Below the pieces are notes generated by a model. It did no database searches, was not told the DNA's origin, and was given only the letters and a program-made list of their open reading frames with translations. From assembly GCA_963799745.1 (NCBI GenBank), contig CAWCYH010000006.1:68047-132046 (forward strand): a stretch of DNA of 64,000 bases. The letters run 5' to 3'. Each line of letters starts with the position of its first letter. The first letter of the stretch is position 1. A program made the translations under genes and the position numbers. Below are positions 1 through 8,458 of this stretch, piece by piece. Source of the stretch: an uncultured Solirubrobacterales bacterium (GTDB taxonomy: Bacteria > Actinomycetota > Thermoleophilia > Solirubrobacterales > Solirubrobacteraceae).

Positions 1-352
1 TGTACGGGAGGCCGCCCATCGCGGTGGCGGTCTGCCAGCTCAGCCCACCGAGCTCCGCGTAGCTGTCCGGGTTCGTCAGCAGATCATCGCCGCGCGCTCC
101 GATCGCCCCCGAGCTCGGATCGCCCGGACCACCGTATTCACTCGCGCCGACGAGCTGGCCGGTCCCGGGAGCACCCAGCACGATTGAGCCGGCGCTGCCC
201 GTACCGGACGCTCCACAGCCGGTGCGGCGCGTGAACATGGTGACCAACAGGACGAGCATCGCCGCGCACAACCCGGCAACAGTTACAACGCCGATCAGGG
301 CAGAAGTGACAACGACACCGGTGCGGTTGCGACTGCGTCCACGCGCAAGCAT
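1..352 (-). CDS. Partial CDS (N-terminal ~117 codons, continues past the window edge): membrane-anchored or secreted protein of unknown function
   Basis: ATG (complement of 350-352) opens a frame absent from the ORF track because it has no stop in the window. It reads MLARGRSRNRTGVVVTSALIGVVTVAGLCAAMLVLLVTMF (basic N-terminus plus TM helix), then a Gly/Ser linker and ASEYGGPGDPSSGAIGARGDDLL. Third codon positions are GC-rich. Confidence 0.4.
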   Translation of the reverse strand, partial: MLARGRSRNRTGVVVTSALIGVVTVAGLCAAMLVLLVTMFTRRTGCGASGTGSAGSIVLGAPGTGQLVGASEYGGPGDPSSGAIGARGDDLLTNPDSYAELGGLSWQTATAMGGLPY

Positions 353-516
353 GACTCCACGGTATTTGCTTGCGGTGGGACCAGCGCGAATTGAAGCTAA
401 GTTGTCACTTTCACCGGTGACGCTATTCGCTGCCGTGTGCCGAGTGGCGCGACTCGGCGGCTGAACAGGCCGGAATTGGTCCGTCGTATCGGTTCAGATG
501 AGGGGCGAGACCTGGC

Positions 517-1665
517 TCAGGAATCACGGGCAGCGGCGGATCGCGAGGATGGACGAGTGAGCTTGGTGCTCATCTTTATGGCCCTGACCGCACCCGTTGC
601 ACCGGCATGCAGGGTGACCCCGATGGCGAGGACGAAGATCCCGGGGATGAACAGGACACGCGATCCGAGCATCAGGAGTCCGACGCGCCCGAGGAGGTAC
701 GGCGGTGTGCAAACGGTGGCTCCAATCACCCCCGCGACGGCTGACGTCCTCAGCTTGTCCCGACCTGACTGCCTCGGCTTCGCCCCGATGAGCCGCGCGG
801 GCACGGCTACATAACAGAGCATCATGATGCCGACGACGATTCCAAGTGAGAGGGTGAACCACGGGTGTTCCCACCGGGGCGCCACCGTCGTCGCGAACGC
901 GAGCAGCGCCCCGACAACGGCGCCCGAGGCCACGATCGGCGCCCACTGACGTCGCGCCTGCGCAACCGCCGGCCCGATCTTGGGCTCACCCGATTGCGCG
1001 ATCGCGAACCCGAACACGGCGTTGAGGAAGAAGCTCGCCACGGTGATCGCCACGATGACCAATCCGATCGGAGTCAGAATCGCACCGCGCACGACGTTGA
1101 AGGAGTTGCCGTGCAGCACGTGGGCCTTGAGGTCGTACATCGCCAGCCAGATCCACATCGCCGGAGGGATCTGGACGAGGGTTAGCCGCCAGTTCGACAA
1201 CAGCAGCCTGAGCCCGTCGAACAGCAGCGCGAAGGAGCCGATCGCGAACGCGAGCGGAGCGAAGATCCGTCGCGAGCGGCTCAGGCGGAGGATCGCCGCT
1301 TCGATTGCGGCCTCGTCATTGTTTTGGATCGCGTGCACGAGCGACCGGATGCGGGTCAAGAGCGAACCCGAATGCCGTCCGGAGCTCACCTTCGAGGAAA
1401 CCCCGGAGGATGCTGGAGCAGCGACGCTGACCGTCCGCTCGCCGGGTGAGGACGGCTCTGGCACTGGGCGCGCCGGTTGGTCCAGGCTCGGGTCGTCTCG
1501 GTGCGCCGGCTGGTCCAGGCTCGGGTCCTCTCGGTCCGCCGGTTGGTCCAGGCTCGGGTCCTCTCGGTCCGCCGGCTGGTCCAGGCTCGGGTCCTCTCGG
1601 TCCGGCGCCCCGGTGGCGGATCCACTCGAGCGGCGTCTGTTAGACCCTAAACCCATGCCGAGCAC
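517..1665 (-). CDS. Polytopic membrane protein with an N-terminal acidic 11-aa tandem repeat, function unknown
   Basis: 382-aa ORF. The N-terminus carries DREDPSLDQPA x3 plus HRDDPSLDQPA, followed by several hydrophobic helices (IFAPLAFAIGSFALLFDGL, ILTPIGLVIVAITVASFFLNAVFGFAIA, LFIPGIFVLAIGVTLHAG). The opposite-strand ORF 980..1693 is not protein-like. Start is uncertain (GTG 1665 or ATG 1656). Confidence 0.6.
   Translation of the reverse strand: MLGMGLGSNRRRSSGSATGAPDREDPSLDQPADREDPSLDQPADREDPSLDQPAHRDDPSLDQPARPVPEPSSPGERTVSVAAPASSGVSSKVSSGRHSGSLLTRIRSLVHAIQNNDEAAIEAAILRLSRSRRIFAPLAFAIGSFALLFDGLRLLLSNWRLTLVQIPPAMWIWLAMYDLKAHVLHGNSFNVVRGAILTPIGLVIVAITVASFFLNAVFGFAIAQSGEPKIGPAVAQARRQWAPIVASGAVVGALLAFATTVAPRWEHPWFTLSLGIVVGIMMLCYVAVPARLIGAKPRQSGRDKLRTSAVAGVIGATVCTPPYLLGRVGLLMLGSRVLFIPGIFVLAIGVTLHAGATGAVRAIKMSTKLTRPSSRSAAARDS
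1473..1604. repeat. 4 x 33-bp tandem repeat (coding; gives the 11-aa repeat of the 517..1665 protein)
   Basis: Units of the form ccgg(t/c)tggtccaggctcgggtc(g/c)tctcggt(g/c)cg at 1473, 1506, 1539 and 1572. Confidence 0.9.
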
Positions 1666-1781
1666 CGTACCTTTATGGGCGGCGTCGGTGTAGCGCTAAA
1701 CCTGAACGGGCTGGTTTGCGCCGGCGCACGGCTGGCAATGGCCGCCGGCACCGATTGCTCGGTGCACGGACGGATCGGCAA

Positions 1782-3173
1782 ATGAGCCATACTGCAGCCG
1801 TGGTTGGGGGCTCGCGCGAGATCGCCCTGTCTGAGCTGATCGGCTCACTTTCCTATGCGCTGGACCTCGCCGAGGGCGAACCGCCGGGACACGCCAGGCG
1901 ATCATGCTTGATCGGTATGCGCGTAGCGCAGGAGTTGGAACTCGACTCCGCGGCGCGTTCGGATCTGTTCTATGCCTTGCTGCTCAAGGACGCGGGCTGC
2001 TCCGCAAACTCGGCGCGAATGGCGGCTCTGTTCGGCGCCGACGACCAGGTCGCCAAGCGGACGTCGAAGCTCGTGGACTGGGCGCGGCCGTTCTCGGCGT
2101 TCCTGTGGTCGCTGAGGACGGTCACCCCGGGAGGGTCGCTGGGCGCCCGGGTCGAGCGGCTGCGGGTGATCCGCGACGAGGGCGAGGTGACCCGGTCGCT
2201 GATGCTGGCACGCTGCGACCGCGGCGCCGAGATCGCTCGAATGCTTGGGTTCTCAGACGCGACGGCGGAGGCGATCCGCGCGCTCGATGAGCACTGGAAC
2301 GGGCGCGGGCAGCCCCGGGGCCTGCTGGGGGCAGAGATCCCGCTGGCGGCTCGCATTCTGTGCTTGGCGCAGACGGTGGAGGTCTTTCACGCCGCGCGCG
2401 GCGTGGACGCGGCCTACCGCATGGCAGCGAAGCGCAGCGGGCAGTGGTTCGACCCCGCGCTCGTCGACGCCCTGGGCGCCGTGCGCCACGACACCGGCTT
2501 CTGGGCGTCGCTGGCTGAGCCCGACCTCGCCGCGATCGAGCCCCCTGATCTGCTGCTGACCGCCGACGAGAACCGGCTGGACCGGATTGCCGATGGGTTC
2601 GCGGCGATCATCGACGCCAAGTCGCCGTGGACCCACCGGCACTCCGATCGCGCATGGGCGATCGTGATGGGCATCGGCACGCTGCTGGGCCTTGAGTCTG
2701 CCGAGTTGCGCGCCCTGGGTCGCGCGGCACGGCTGCACGACATCGGCAAGCTCGCGATCTCCAACCGGATTCTGGACAAGCCGGGACCGCTCACCGACGC
2801 CGAGTTCGCCACGATCAGGGAGCACCCGCTGGTGACCGAGCGGATTCTCGGCCGGGTACCGGGCATCGGCGGACTCTCGCCGCTGGCGAGCGCGCACCAC
2901 GAGCGCCTCGACGGTAGCGGCTATCCGCACGGGCTCACCTCCGCCGAGCTGACGATGCCGATGCGGGTGCTCGCGATTGCCGATGTCTACGAGGCCCTAA
3001 CCGCCGAACGCCCCTATCGCTCGGCATACAGCGCCGAGGCTGCGCTCGCGATCATCCGGCGCGAGGTGCCGGTCCGCCTGGACCGCGACGCGTTCGGCGC
3101 GCTGGAAACGCTCTTGGGTGACGAAACCGCTGGCAGCGATCTAGCGCCATTGCTGAGCGGACGCGAGCACTGA
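1782..3173 (+). CDS. HD-GYP domain protein (cyclic-di-GMP phosphodiesterase family) with a degenerate N-terminal HD-like domain
   Basis: C-terminal half has RLHDIGKLAISNRIL, EHPLVTERIL and HHERLDGSGYPHGL (HD and GYP signatures). N-terminal half has GHARRSCLIGMRVA and LLLKDAGCS (HD-like with degenerate residues). Start chosen at ATG 1782 (MSHTAAV). Confidence 0.85.
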   Translation: MSHTAAVVGGSREIALSELIGSLSYALDLAEGEPPGHARRSCLIGMRVAQELELDSAARSDLFYALLLKDAGCSANSARMAALFGADDQVAKRTSKLVDWARPFSAFLWSLRTVTPGGSLGARVERLRVIRDEGEVTRSLMLARCDRGAEIARMLGFSDATAEAIRALDEHWNGRGQPRGLLGAEIPLAARILCLAQTVEVFHAARGVDAAYRMAAKRSGQWFDPALVDALGAVRHDTGFWASLAEPDLAAIEPPDLLLTADENRLDRIADGFAAIIDAKSPWTHRHSDRAWAIVMGIGTLLGLESAELRALGRAARLHDIGKLAISNRILDKPGPLTDAEFATIREHPLVTERILGRVPGIGGLSPLASAHHERLDGSGYPHGLTSAELTMPMRVLAIADVYEALTAERPYRSAYSAEAALAIIRREVPVRLDRDAFGALETLLGDETAGSDLAPLLSGREH

Positions 3174-3210
3174 GTCCGCTCACGCCGTGCGGGCTACGCC
3201 TGGGCGCCCA

Positions 3211-3246
3211 GCGTTGGCTTCCCGCCGCTTCGCGAGAAGCCAACGC
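3211..3246. terminator. Hairpin between convergent genes (candidate bidirectional terminator)
   Basis: GCGTTGGCTTC (3211-3221) pairs with GAAGCCAACGC (3236-3246), an 11-bp perfect stem with a 14-nt loop. It lies between the HD-GYP stop (3173) and the stop of 3258..3767. No T-tract. Confidence 0.45.
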
Positions 3247-3257
3247 CAGGCTTGATC

Positions 3258-3767
3258 TCAGGTGGCGACGATCGACCCGTACACGGTGCACACGTTCGCT
3301 TTGTTGAGCGTCGTGGCGTTGTCGAACGCGTAGTTAACGGTCACCACGGCGCCGTTGGAGCGTTCGAACATCACGGTCCCCGAGGAGTTGAAATCGCCGG
3401 CCACCTGCGGCGACAGGCTGACCCCCTTGCCGAATCTTGTAAATGCGCTGTTCTTGATGATGTGACCCCTTCCGAATCCGTCGAACACGCGGCCAAAGAG
3501 ATCCGCGGCGCCCGCGGACGTGAACGCGAACACGACCGGGTTACCGTTCGAGTCGCAACGCGCGTTCACAGATAGCGAGTCGATGTTGAATAGTACCTTG
3601 CCCCGGGTCGGTGTGCCTGGTTTCGCGATGAACGAGAACGTCCTGTTCACCGGACTTGCGGCGACGGTCGCGACACCCGTCGCGCTCGACGCCCCGGAAC
3701 CCAGCACAACCAGGGCAATGATCGACACGATCAGCGCAGCCAGGCCACTTCCAATCAGACGTTTCAC
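3258..3767 (-). CDS. Secreted protein of unknown function (signal peptide, beta-rich, 2 Cys)
   Basis: 169-aa ORF. N-terminus MKRLIGSGLAALIVSIIALVVLGSGASSATG is signal-peptide-like. The mature part is rich in N/S/T/F/V. The gene looks lower in G+C than its neighbours. Confidence 0.7.
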   Translation of the reverse strand: MKRLIGSGLAALIVSIIALVVLGSGASSATGVATVAASPVNRTFSFIAKPGTPTRGKVLFNIDSLSVNARCDSNGNPVVFAFTSAGAADLFGRVFDGFGRGHIIKNSAFTRFGKGVSLSPQVAGDFNSSGTVMFERSNGAVVTVNYAFDNATTLNKANVCTVYGSIVAT

Positions 3768-3994
3768 CCCTTCCTCCTCTCTCGTGGCATGGCCACGAAT
3801 CGTTCGTGGGCGGCCCCCAGCGTTGCATACTAACCGTCAGCGGTACCCGAGCATGGGTTCGCGAGCCACCGGTTAATGGGGCACTGTTGCACGTGGCGAC
3901 AGCGCCAGCGGGGGCGCGGGGCGCGCAGCATCCGCGCGCGGTCGGCGACATGACCTGGGCGTCCGGCGCCCCAGGCTGGCGTAGGCTTAGTTCG

Positions 3995-4535
3995 ATGTCG
4001 CGTGCTGCCGAGGACCGCAACCGTCGAATGTTGCGGGCCCGCGACACGATGGATCGCTCGTTCGCGCGGCCGCTCGACGTGCCCGCACTAGCCGGCGTGG
4101 CCCACGTCTCGCCTGCGCATTTCAGCCGCCAGTTCCGCGTGGTGTTTGGCGAAACGCCGCACAGCTACCTGCAGCGCCGCCGCGTGGAGCGAGCGATGGA
4201 GCTGCTGCGCGACACCGCCAGACCAGCCCGACCTCCAGCTGGTGCTGAGCGTGCCGGGCCCGCCCCTGTATGACGACGCCACCGCGGCGGAGATCCGCGA
4301 ACTGCTGACGAAGGGCGCTGCGGGCGGCGGGGTGATCTTCGAGACCGAGGATTGCCGTGGCACCTACGAACGGCTGCGGGCGGCGGGCGTCGAGTTCACG
4401 CAGGAGCCAACCGAGCGGTTCTACGGAATCGACTGCGGGCTGCGCGACCCGTTCGGGAACCCGATCCGCTTCACGCAGCCGCCAGACGGGCCAATCGTCG
4501 TGCCGTCGGCCGAGGAGCTCCAAGCGCGGTCATAG
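3995..4535 (+). pseudogene. Disrupted AraC-type HTH / VOC (glyoxalase-fold) fusion regulator: internal deletion plus frameshift
   Basis: Frame 2 gives one AraC HTH repeat (VSPAHFSRQFRVVFGETPHSYLQRRRVERAMELLRDT) and then runs into nonsense and a stop at 4273. Frame 0 from about 4215 gives only the C-terminal half of a VOC domain (DLQLVLSVPGPP, VIFETEDCRGTYERLRAAGVEFTQEPTERFYGIDCGLRDPFGNPIRF). The second AraC HTH and the N-terminal VOC half are missing. Confidence 0.55.
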
Positions 4536-4641
4536 CGAGCGCCGCAGCGCTCGCGGTCACCTCCGTTGTGCCGCGCGGGGCGACCATGGCCTCCCGCGGT
4601 GCGCCGGCAAGCCTTGTCGGCGTCGCTAACGTAGGGGGTTC

Positions 4642-5895
4642 ATGCCTCGGATCCTCGACGTTGAGCAAGCACTGCTGCTGCTGGAGCTAGAGCCGCCGTT
4701 CGATCAGCGCGCGGTCCAGCTCGCGCGCCGGCGGATGGCCAAGCGCTGGCATCCGGACATCGCACCGCCAGGCCGCCAGCACGAGCACCAGCGCCACCTG
4801 CAGGCGATCAACGAGGCTGCCGACGAACTCGAGTCGCTTGCCGAAGGCTCACGCGGCGGGCGCGTGACCCGCAACGCCGTCAAGGTCTCTGCCGCGGCCA
4901 CACGCAAAGCACGTGAGGAGGCCGGCAGACGTGCCTACGAGGCCGAGCAGCGCGAGCGCGCGGCGGCCGAGGACCGCGCCAAGCACGACCCGTTCGGCGC
5001 GCGGGTTCCCGATCACTCGGTCGTCCACCGCTATGCGCGCTGCCTGTCGTATCCCGAGTGGGGCGTGGGGACGGTCACGGGCATCTACTTCTCCGGCGAG
5101 GAGGACGACGTCCAGCAATGGGCGCGGGTCTCGTTCGCCGTCGGCGTGCGGACGATCCCCGCCGGATCGCTGCAGTTCGTCGACTTCTCAAAGCCCGACC
5201 CCGCGGCCGACCGGGTTCAGCGGTTCATGACCGCCGCTCAGCACGCGCTCGCCGAGGGTGACGCGACGCTCGCCGCCCAGCGGCTCATCTACGCCCGCGA
5301 CGCTGACCCGTCGAACCCGGTGGTGCTGAGGTTGCTGACCGCCGCCTTCTGGCAGGCCGGGAACCTCCCCGCCGCCGCTCGCGCAGTGCGCGATTGGGCC
5401 AGGGTCGACAGCGACCGGCCCACCCCCGAGCGGTTCGCTTCACGGATCTACGAGGACATGGGCGCGATCGATCTGGCCGCCGACGCGGCCGCCCGGGCGG
5501 CCGATCGTGCCCCGGGCGACGCCTCGGCGTGGGAGCGCCTGGGCCGCCTGCGCATGCGGCAAATGGATCGCGCCGCCGCGATCTCGGCCCTCGAGCACGC
5601 ACGGCTGATGGGACCGACGGTCGAGGGTCTCCTCGACCTGGCGCTCGCCTATCACCTGGCCGGCGACGTCGGCGCCGAGGTCTCGACCGCCGAGGCGGCG
5701 ACGCGGTTGGATCCCGATTCCAGCGCGGCGTGGTCGACCTATGCGCACGCGCTGGCCCGCACCGATCGCGCTCGCGAATGCCGACGCGCGTGCCGACGGG
5801 CGCTCGAGCTCGGAGACGATGCGGACGTCGCCGATCTGCTGGCAAGAGTAGAGGCGGCGCAGCCGCGGTCGCTGTCGGAGCGGACCGCGGCGTAG
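4642..5895 (+). CDS. J-domain protein with a central Tudor/DUF3553-like segment and C-terminal TPR repeats
   Basis: J-domain with HPD motif (RRRMAKRWHPDIAPPG, LQAINEAADELE). Middle segment YPEWGVGTVTGIYFSGEEDDVQQWARVSFAVGVRTIPAGSLQFV resembles the UvrD/PcrA C-terminal Tudor-like fold. The C-terminus has Ala/Leu/Asp-rich TPR-like repeats. Confidence 0.8.
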   Translation: MPRILDVEQALLLLELEPPFDQRAVQLARRRMAKRWHPDIAPPGRQHEHQRHLQAINEAADELESLAEGSRGGRVTRNAVKVSAAATRKAREEAGRRAYEAEQRERAAAEDRAKHDPFGARVPDHSVVHRYARCLSYPEWGVGTVTGIYFSGEEDDVQQWARVSFAVGVRTIPAGSLQFVDFSKPDPAADRVQRFMTAAQHALAEGDATLAAQRLIYARDADPSNPVVLRLLTAAFWQAGNLPAAARAVRDWARVDSDRPTPERFASRIYEDMGAIDLAADAAARAADRAPGDASAWERLGRLRMRQMDRAAAISALEHARLMGPTVEGLLDLALAYHLAGDVGAEVSTAEAATRLDPDSSAAWSTYAHALARTDRARECRRACRRALELGDDADVADLLARVEAAQPRSLSERTAA

Positions 5896-5922
5896 GGGGC
5901 CTGGCGGATCGGCCGCCGTGAC

Positions 5923-6522
5923 GTGGCGCCGGATCGTTGGAACCACAACCTCCACTACCGCGGGGTCTTGCTCGAGGCCGTGCCCGAGCCCTGCGAGCGG
6001 GCGCTCGACGTCGGCTGTGGCGAGGGCGGGCTGGCGCGGGAGCTCCGGCGTTCGGTTCGCCACGTGTCGGCGATCGATGCGAGCGAGGACTGCATCAATG
6101 CCGCGCGCCGGCAGGATGCCGGCGCCGAGATCGATTATCTGCTCGGCGACTTCCGGACCTTCCCGTTCGCGCGGGAGTCGTTTGACTTCGTGGTGTGCGT
6201 CGCGGCGTTGCACCACATGGACGAAGCGGCGGCGCTGGACCGGATGGCCGGGCTGCTGCGGCCGGGCGGCACGCTCGCGGTGCTCGGGCTCGCCCGCAGC
6301 CGCTGGCCGGCCGATTTGCCGCGCGACGCCGCCGCGGTGATCGTGAACCGCGCCCACCTCCTGGCCAAGGGTCACTGGGAGTCCATGGCGCCGACCGTCT
6401 CGCCGCCGCGCCACACGTATGCGGAGATCCGGCCGCTCGCCGAGCGCACGCTTCCGGACGCGCACTTCCGCCGTCACCTGCTGTGGCGCTACTCGCTCGT
6501 GTGGAGGAAACCGGTCGCTTGA
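5923..6522 (+). CDS. Class I SAM-dependent methyltransferase
   Basis: RWNHNLHYRGVLL, then motif I ALDVGCGEGGLAREL, and later FDFVVCVAALHHM and LRPGGTLAVLG. Confidence 0.8.
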   Translation: MAPDRWNHNLHYRGVLLEAVPEPCERALDVGCGEGGLARELRRSVRHVSAIDASEDCINAARRQDAGAEIDYLLGDFRTFPFARESFDFVVCVAALHHMDEAAALDRMAGLLRPGGTLAVLGLARSRWPADLPRDAAAVIVNRAHLLAKGHWESMAPTVSPPRHTYAEIRPLAERTLPDAHFRRHLLWRYSLVWRKPVA

Positions 6523-6619
6523 ATCTCCATCTAGCTCAACACGCGCTACGGTGTCGGTAACGGCGAGGACGCCTCCCGTCCGCACCAGGAGGGCGAAACA
6601 CAAGCTTCGGAGGTGCCGC

Positions 6620-7918
6620 GTGCGGATCTTGGTCAGCGAACTCGCCGATCACGTCGGTGAGCAGGTGACGCTGATGGGCTGGCTTCACCGCCAGCGCCGC
6701 CTCAGCCAGGTCACGTTCCTGATCCTCCGGGATCGCTCCGGTCTGGGTCAGGTGGTGATCGGCGACGCTGCCCTCGCCGATCATGCGGCGACGCTTCTGC
6801 CCGAGACCGTGCTCGAGGTGACGGGCGAGGTCGTCGACAGCGCCCAGGCGCCTGGCGGAGCCGAGCTGCACAACCCGCAGATCGAGCTGATCGCCTCGCC
6901 CGCTGAGCCGGCACCGGTGGAGCTGTGGCGCCCGACGCTCTCGGCGCAGTTGCCGCGGCTGCTCGACCTCGCGCCGATCGCGCTGCGCCATCCCCGCCAG
7001 CGTGCCGTCTTCCGGCTCGCCGCGATGTCGGTCGCCGGCTTCCGCGCGGCCCTCGACGGGCTCGGCTTCGTCGAGATCCAGACGCCGAAGATCGTGGGCT
7101 CGGCGACCGAGAGCGGAGCCAACGTGTTCGCCCTGGACTACTTCGGGCGGCCGGCGTACCTGGCGCAGAGTCCGCAGTTCTACAAGCAGATCATGGTCGG
7201 AGTGTTCGAGCGCGTCTACGAAACCGGACCGGTGTTTCGGGCCGAGCCCCACGACACGCCGCGACATCTCAGCGAATACGTGTCGCTCGACGCCGAGCTG
7301 GGCTTCATCGGCGATCACCGCGACGTGATGGCCACCGCGCGCGACGCCGTCGCCGGCATGGTCGGGGCGCTCCGGGCGCGTGGGGCGGATGAGGTCTCGG
7401 CCCTGGGGGTCGCGCTCCCGACCGTCCCCGCGCAGATCCCGGAAATCCACTTCGCCGATGCGCAGGCGCTGATCACCGCGGCGACCGGCGAGGATCTCGA
7501 GCGGGAGCCCGATCTTGCGCCGGCGCACGAACGGTGGCTCAGCGACTGGGCGCTGCGCGAGCGCGGCTCCGAGCTGCTGTTCGTGACGGGCTACCCGATG
7601 ATCAAGCGCCCCTTCTATACCCATCCCGATCCGACTGCGCCCTGGTTCTCCAACAGCTTCGACCTGCTGTTCAGAGGCCTCGAGCTCATCACCGGCGGCC
7701 AGCGTCTGCACCTGTACGAGGACTACCTCGCCGCGATCCGCGGCCGTGGCGAGGATCCCGCCAGCTACGAGGGATACCTCCAGGCGTTCAAGTTCGGCAT
7801 GCCGCCGCACGGCGGATTCGCGCTCGGACTCGAACGGTGGGTGGCGCGGCTCACGGGCGCCGGGAACATCCGCGAGACGACGCTGTTCCCCCGCGACCTC
7901 AACCGGCTCGATCCGTGA
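6620..7918 (+). CDS. aspS: Aspartate--tRNA ligase, type 2 (archaeal/actinobacterial short form)
   Basis: GTG 6620 preceded by GGAGG. OB-fold N-terminus (VTLMGWLHRQRRLSQVTFLILRDRSG). Class II motifs FRAEPHDTPRHLSEYVSLDAELGF, GGQRLH and GGFALGLERWVARLTGAGNIRETTLFPRDLNRLDP. Confidence 0.9.
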   Translation: MRILVSELADHVGEQVTLMGWLHRQRRLSQVTFLILRDRSGLGQVVIGDAALADHAATLLPETVLEVTGEVVDSAQAPGGAELHNPQIELIASPAEPAPVELWRPTLSAQLPRLLDLAPIALRHPRQRAVFRLAAMSVAGFRAALDGLGFVEIQTPKIVGSATESGANVFALDYFGRPAYLAQSPQFYKQIMVGVFERVYETGPVFRAEPHDTPRHLSEYVSLDAELGFIGDHRDVMATARDAVAGMVGALRARGADEVSALGVALPTVPAQIPEIHFADAQALITAATGEDLEREPDLAPAHERWLSDWALRERGSELLFVTGYPMIKRPFYTHPDPTAPWFSNSFDLLFRGLELITGGQRLHLYEDYLAAIRGRGEDPASYEGYLQAFKFGMPPHGGFALGLERWVARLTGAGNIRETTLFPRDLNRLDP

Positions 7919-8028
7919 AATCAAGACTCGCGCCCAGGAGTGTCTGGTCACGTGAGGGCAGCGGCCGGGCGGCCAGGACGATGACTCCGTCTCGGGCCGG
8001 CGCGGGAGCCGGGAGAACTCGCGGTCAG

Positions 8029-8424
8029 CTACGAGGCCCCGCCGGCAACCGAGCCCTCCCGCCCGCACACCGGACAGGTCTCGCTCGGCCCGAGCAGCCT
8101 GCCTCTGCAACCCGGGCAGTCACCGACCTCCTCGAGCACACCGAGTAGCTCGCCCACGCGGCAGACGAGCAGACGCTCCTCCTCGACCTCGATCCAGGCG
8201 CCGGCGGAGGCGGGGAACACGACATGATCGCCGGGCTTGACCGGCATCTGAACGCCCACATGGTCCCACCAGTCGAGGCCCGGGCCGACCGCGAGAACGA
8301 TGCCGTGCTGCGGCGGCGGCTCGTCCGAGCCGGGCGGAACGATCAAGCCCGAGCGCCGGACCCGGTCGGGGTCGAGCTCCTTGATCACGATTCGGTCGAA
8401 GAGGGGTCGAAGCTGGTTGCGCAC
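8029..8424 (-). CDS. GroES (Cpn10)-family protein with a C-terminal CPxC-N10-CPxC zinc-ribbon extension
   Basis: LRPLFDRIVIKELDPDRVRRSGLIVPPGSDEPPPQHGIVLAVGPG, VKPGDHVVF and ERLLVCRVGELLGVLEE match Cpn10 end to end. They are followed by VGDCPGCRGRLLGPSETCPVCGREG. GTG start at 8424 with AGGA upstream. No groEL is adjacent. Confidence 0.75.
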   Translation of the reverse strand: MRNQLRPLFDRIVIKELDPDRVRRSGLIVPPGSDEPPPQHGIVLAVGPGLDWWDHVGVQMPVKPGDHVVFPASAGAWIEVEEERLLVCRVGELLGVLEEVGDCPGCRGRLLGPSETCPVCGREGSVAGGAS

Positions 8425-8458
8425 GATTCCTGTCCGGCTCTGATCATAGGGTGGACAG

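Noticed and set aside
6536-8110. 524-aa ORF antisense to aspS. Similar long shadow ORFs occur at 8962..10269, 10972..12318, 16632..17828, 19709..21238, 21630..23147, 35521..36624, 38529..39764, 40820..42724, 45314..46264, 48318..49280, 49356..50822 and 51318..52490.
   Set aside because: They lie opposite well-supported genes and have Arg/Pro/Gly/Ala-dominated, low-complexity translations with no recognisable motifs. They are typical stop-codon-poor antisense frames of a very GC-rich genome.
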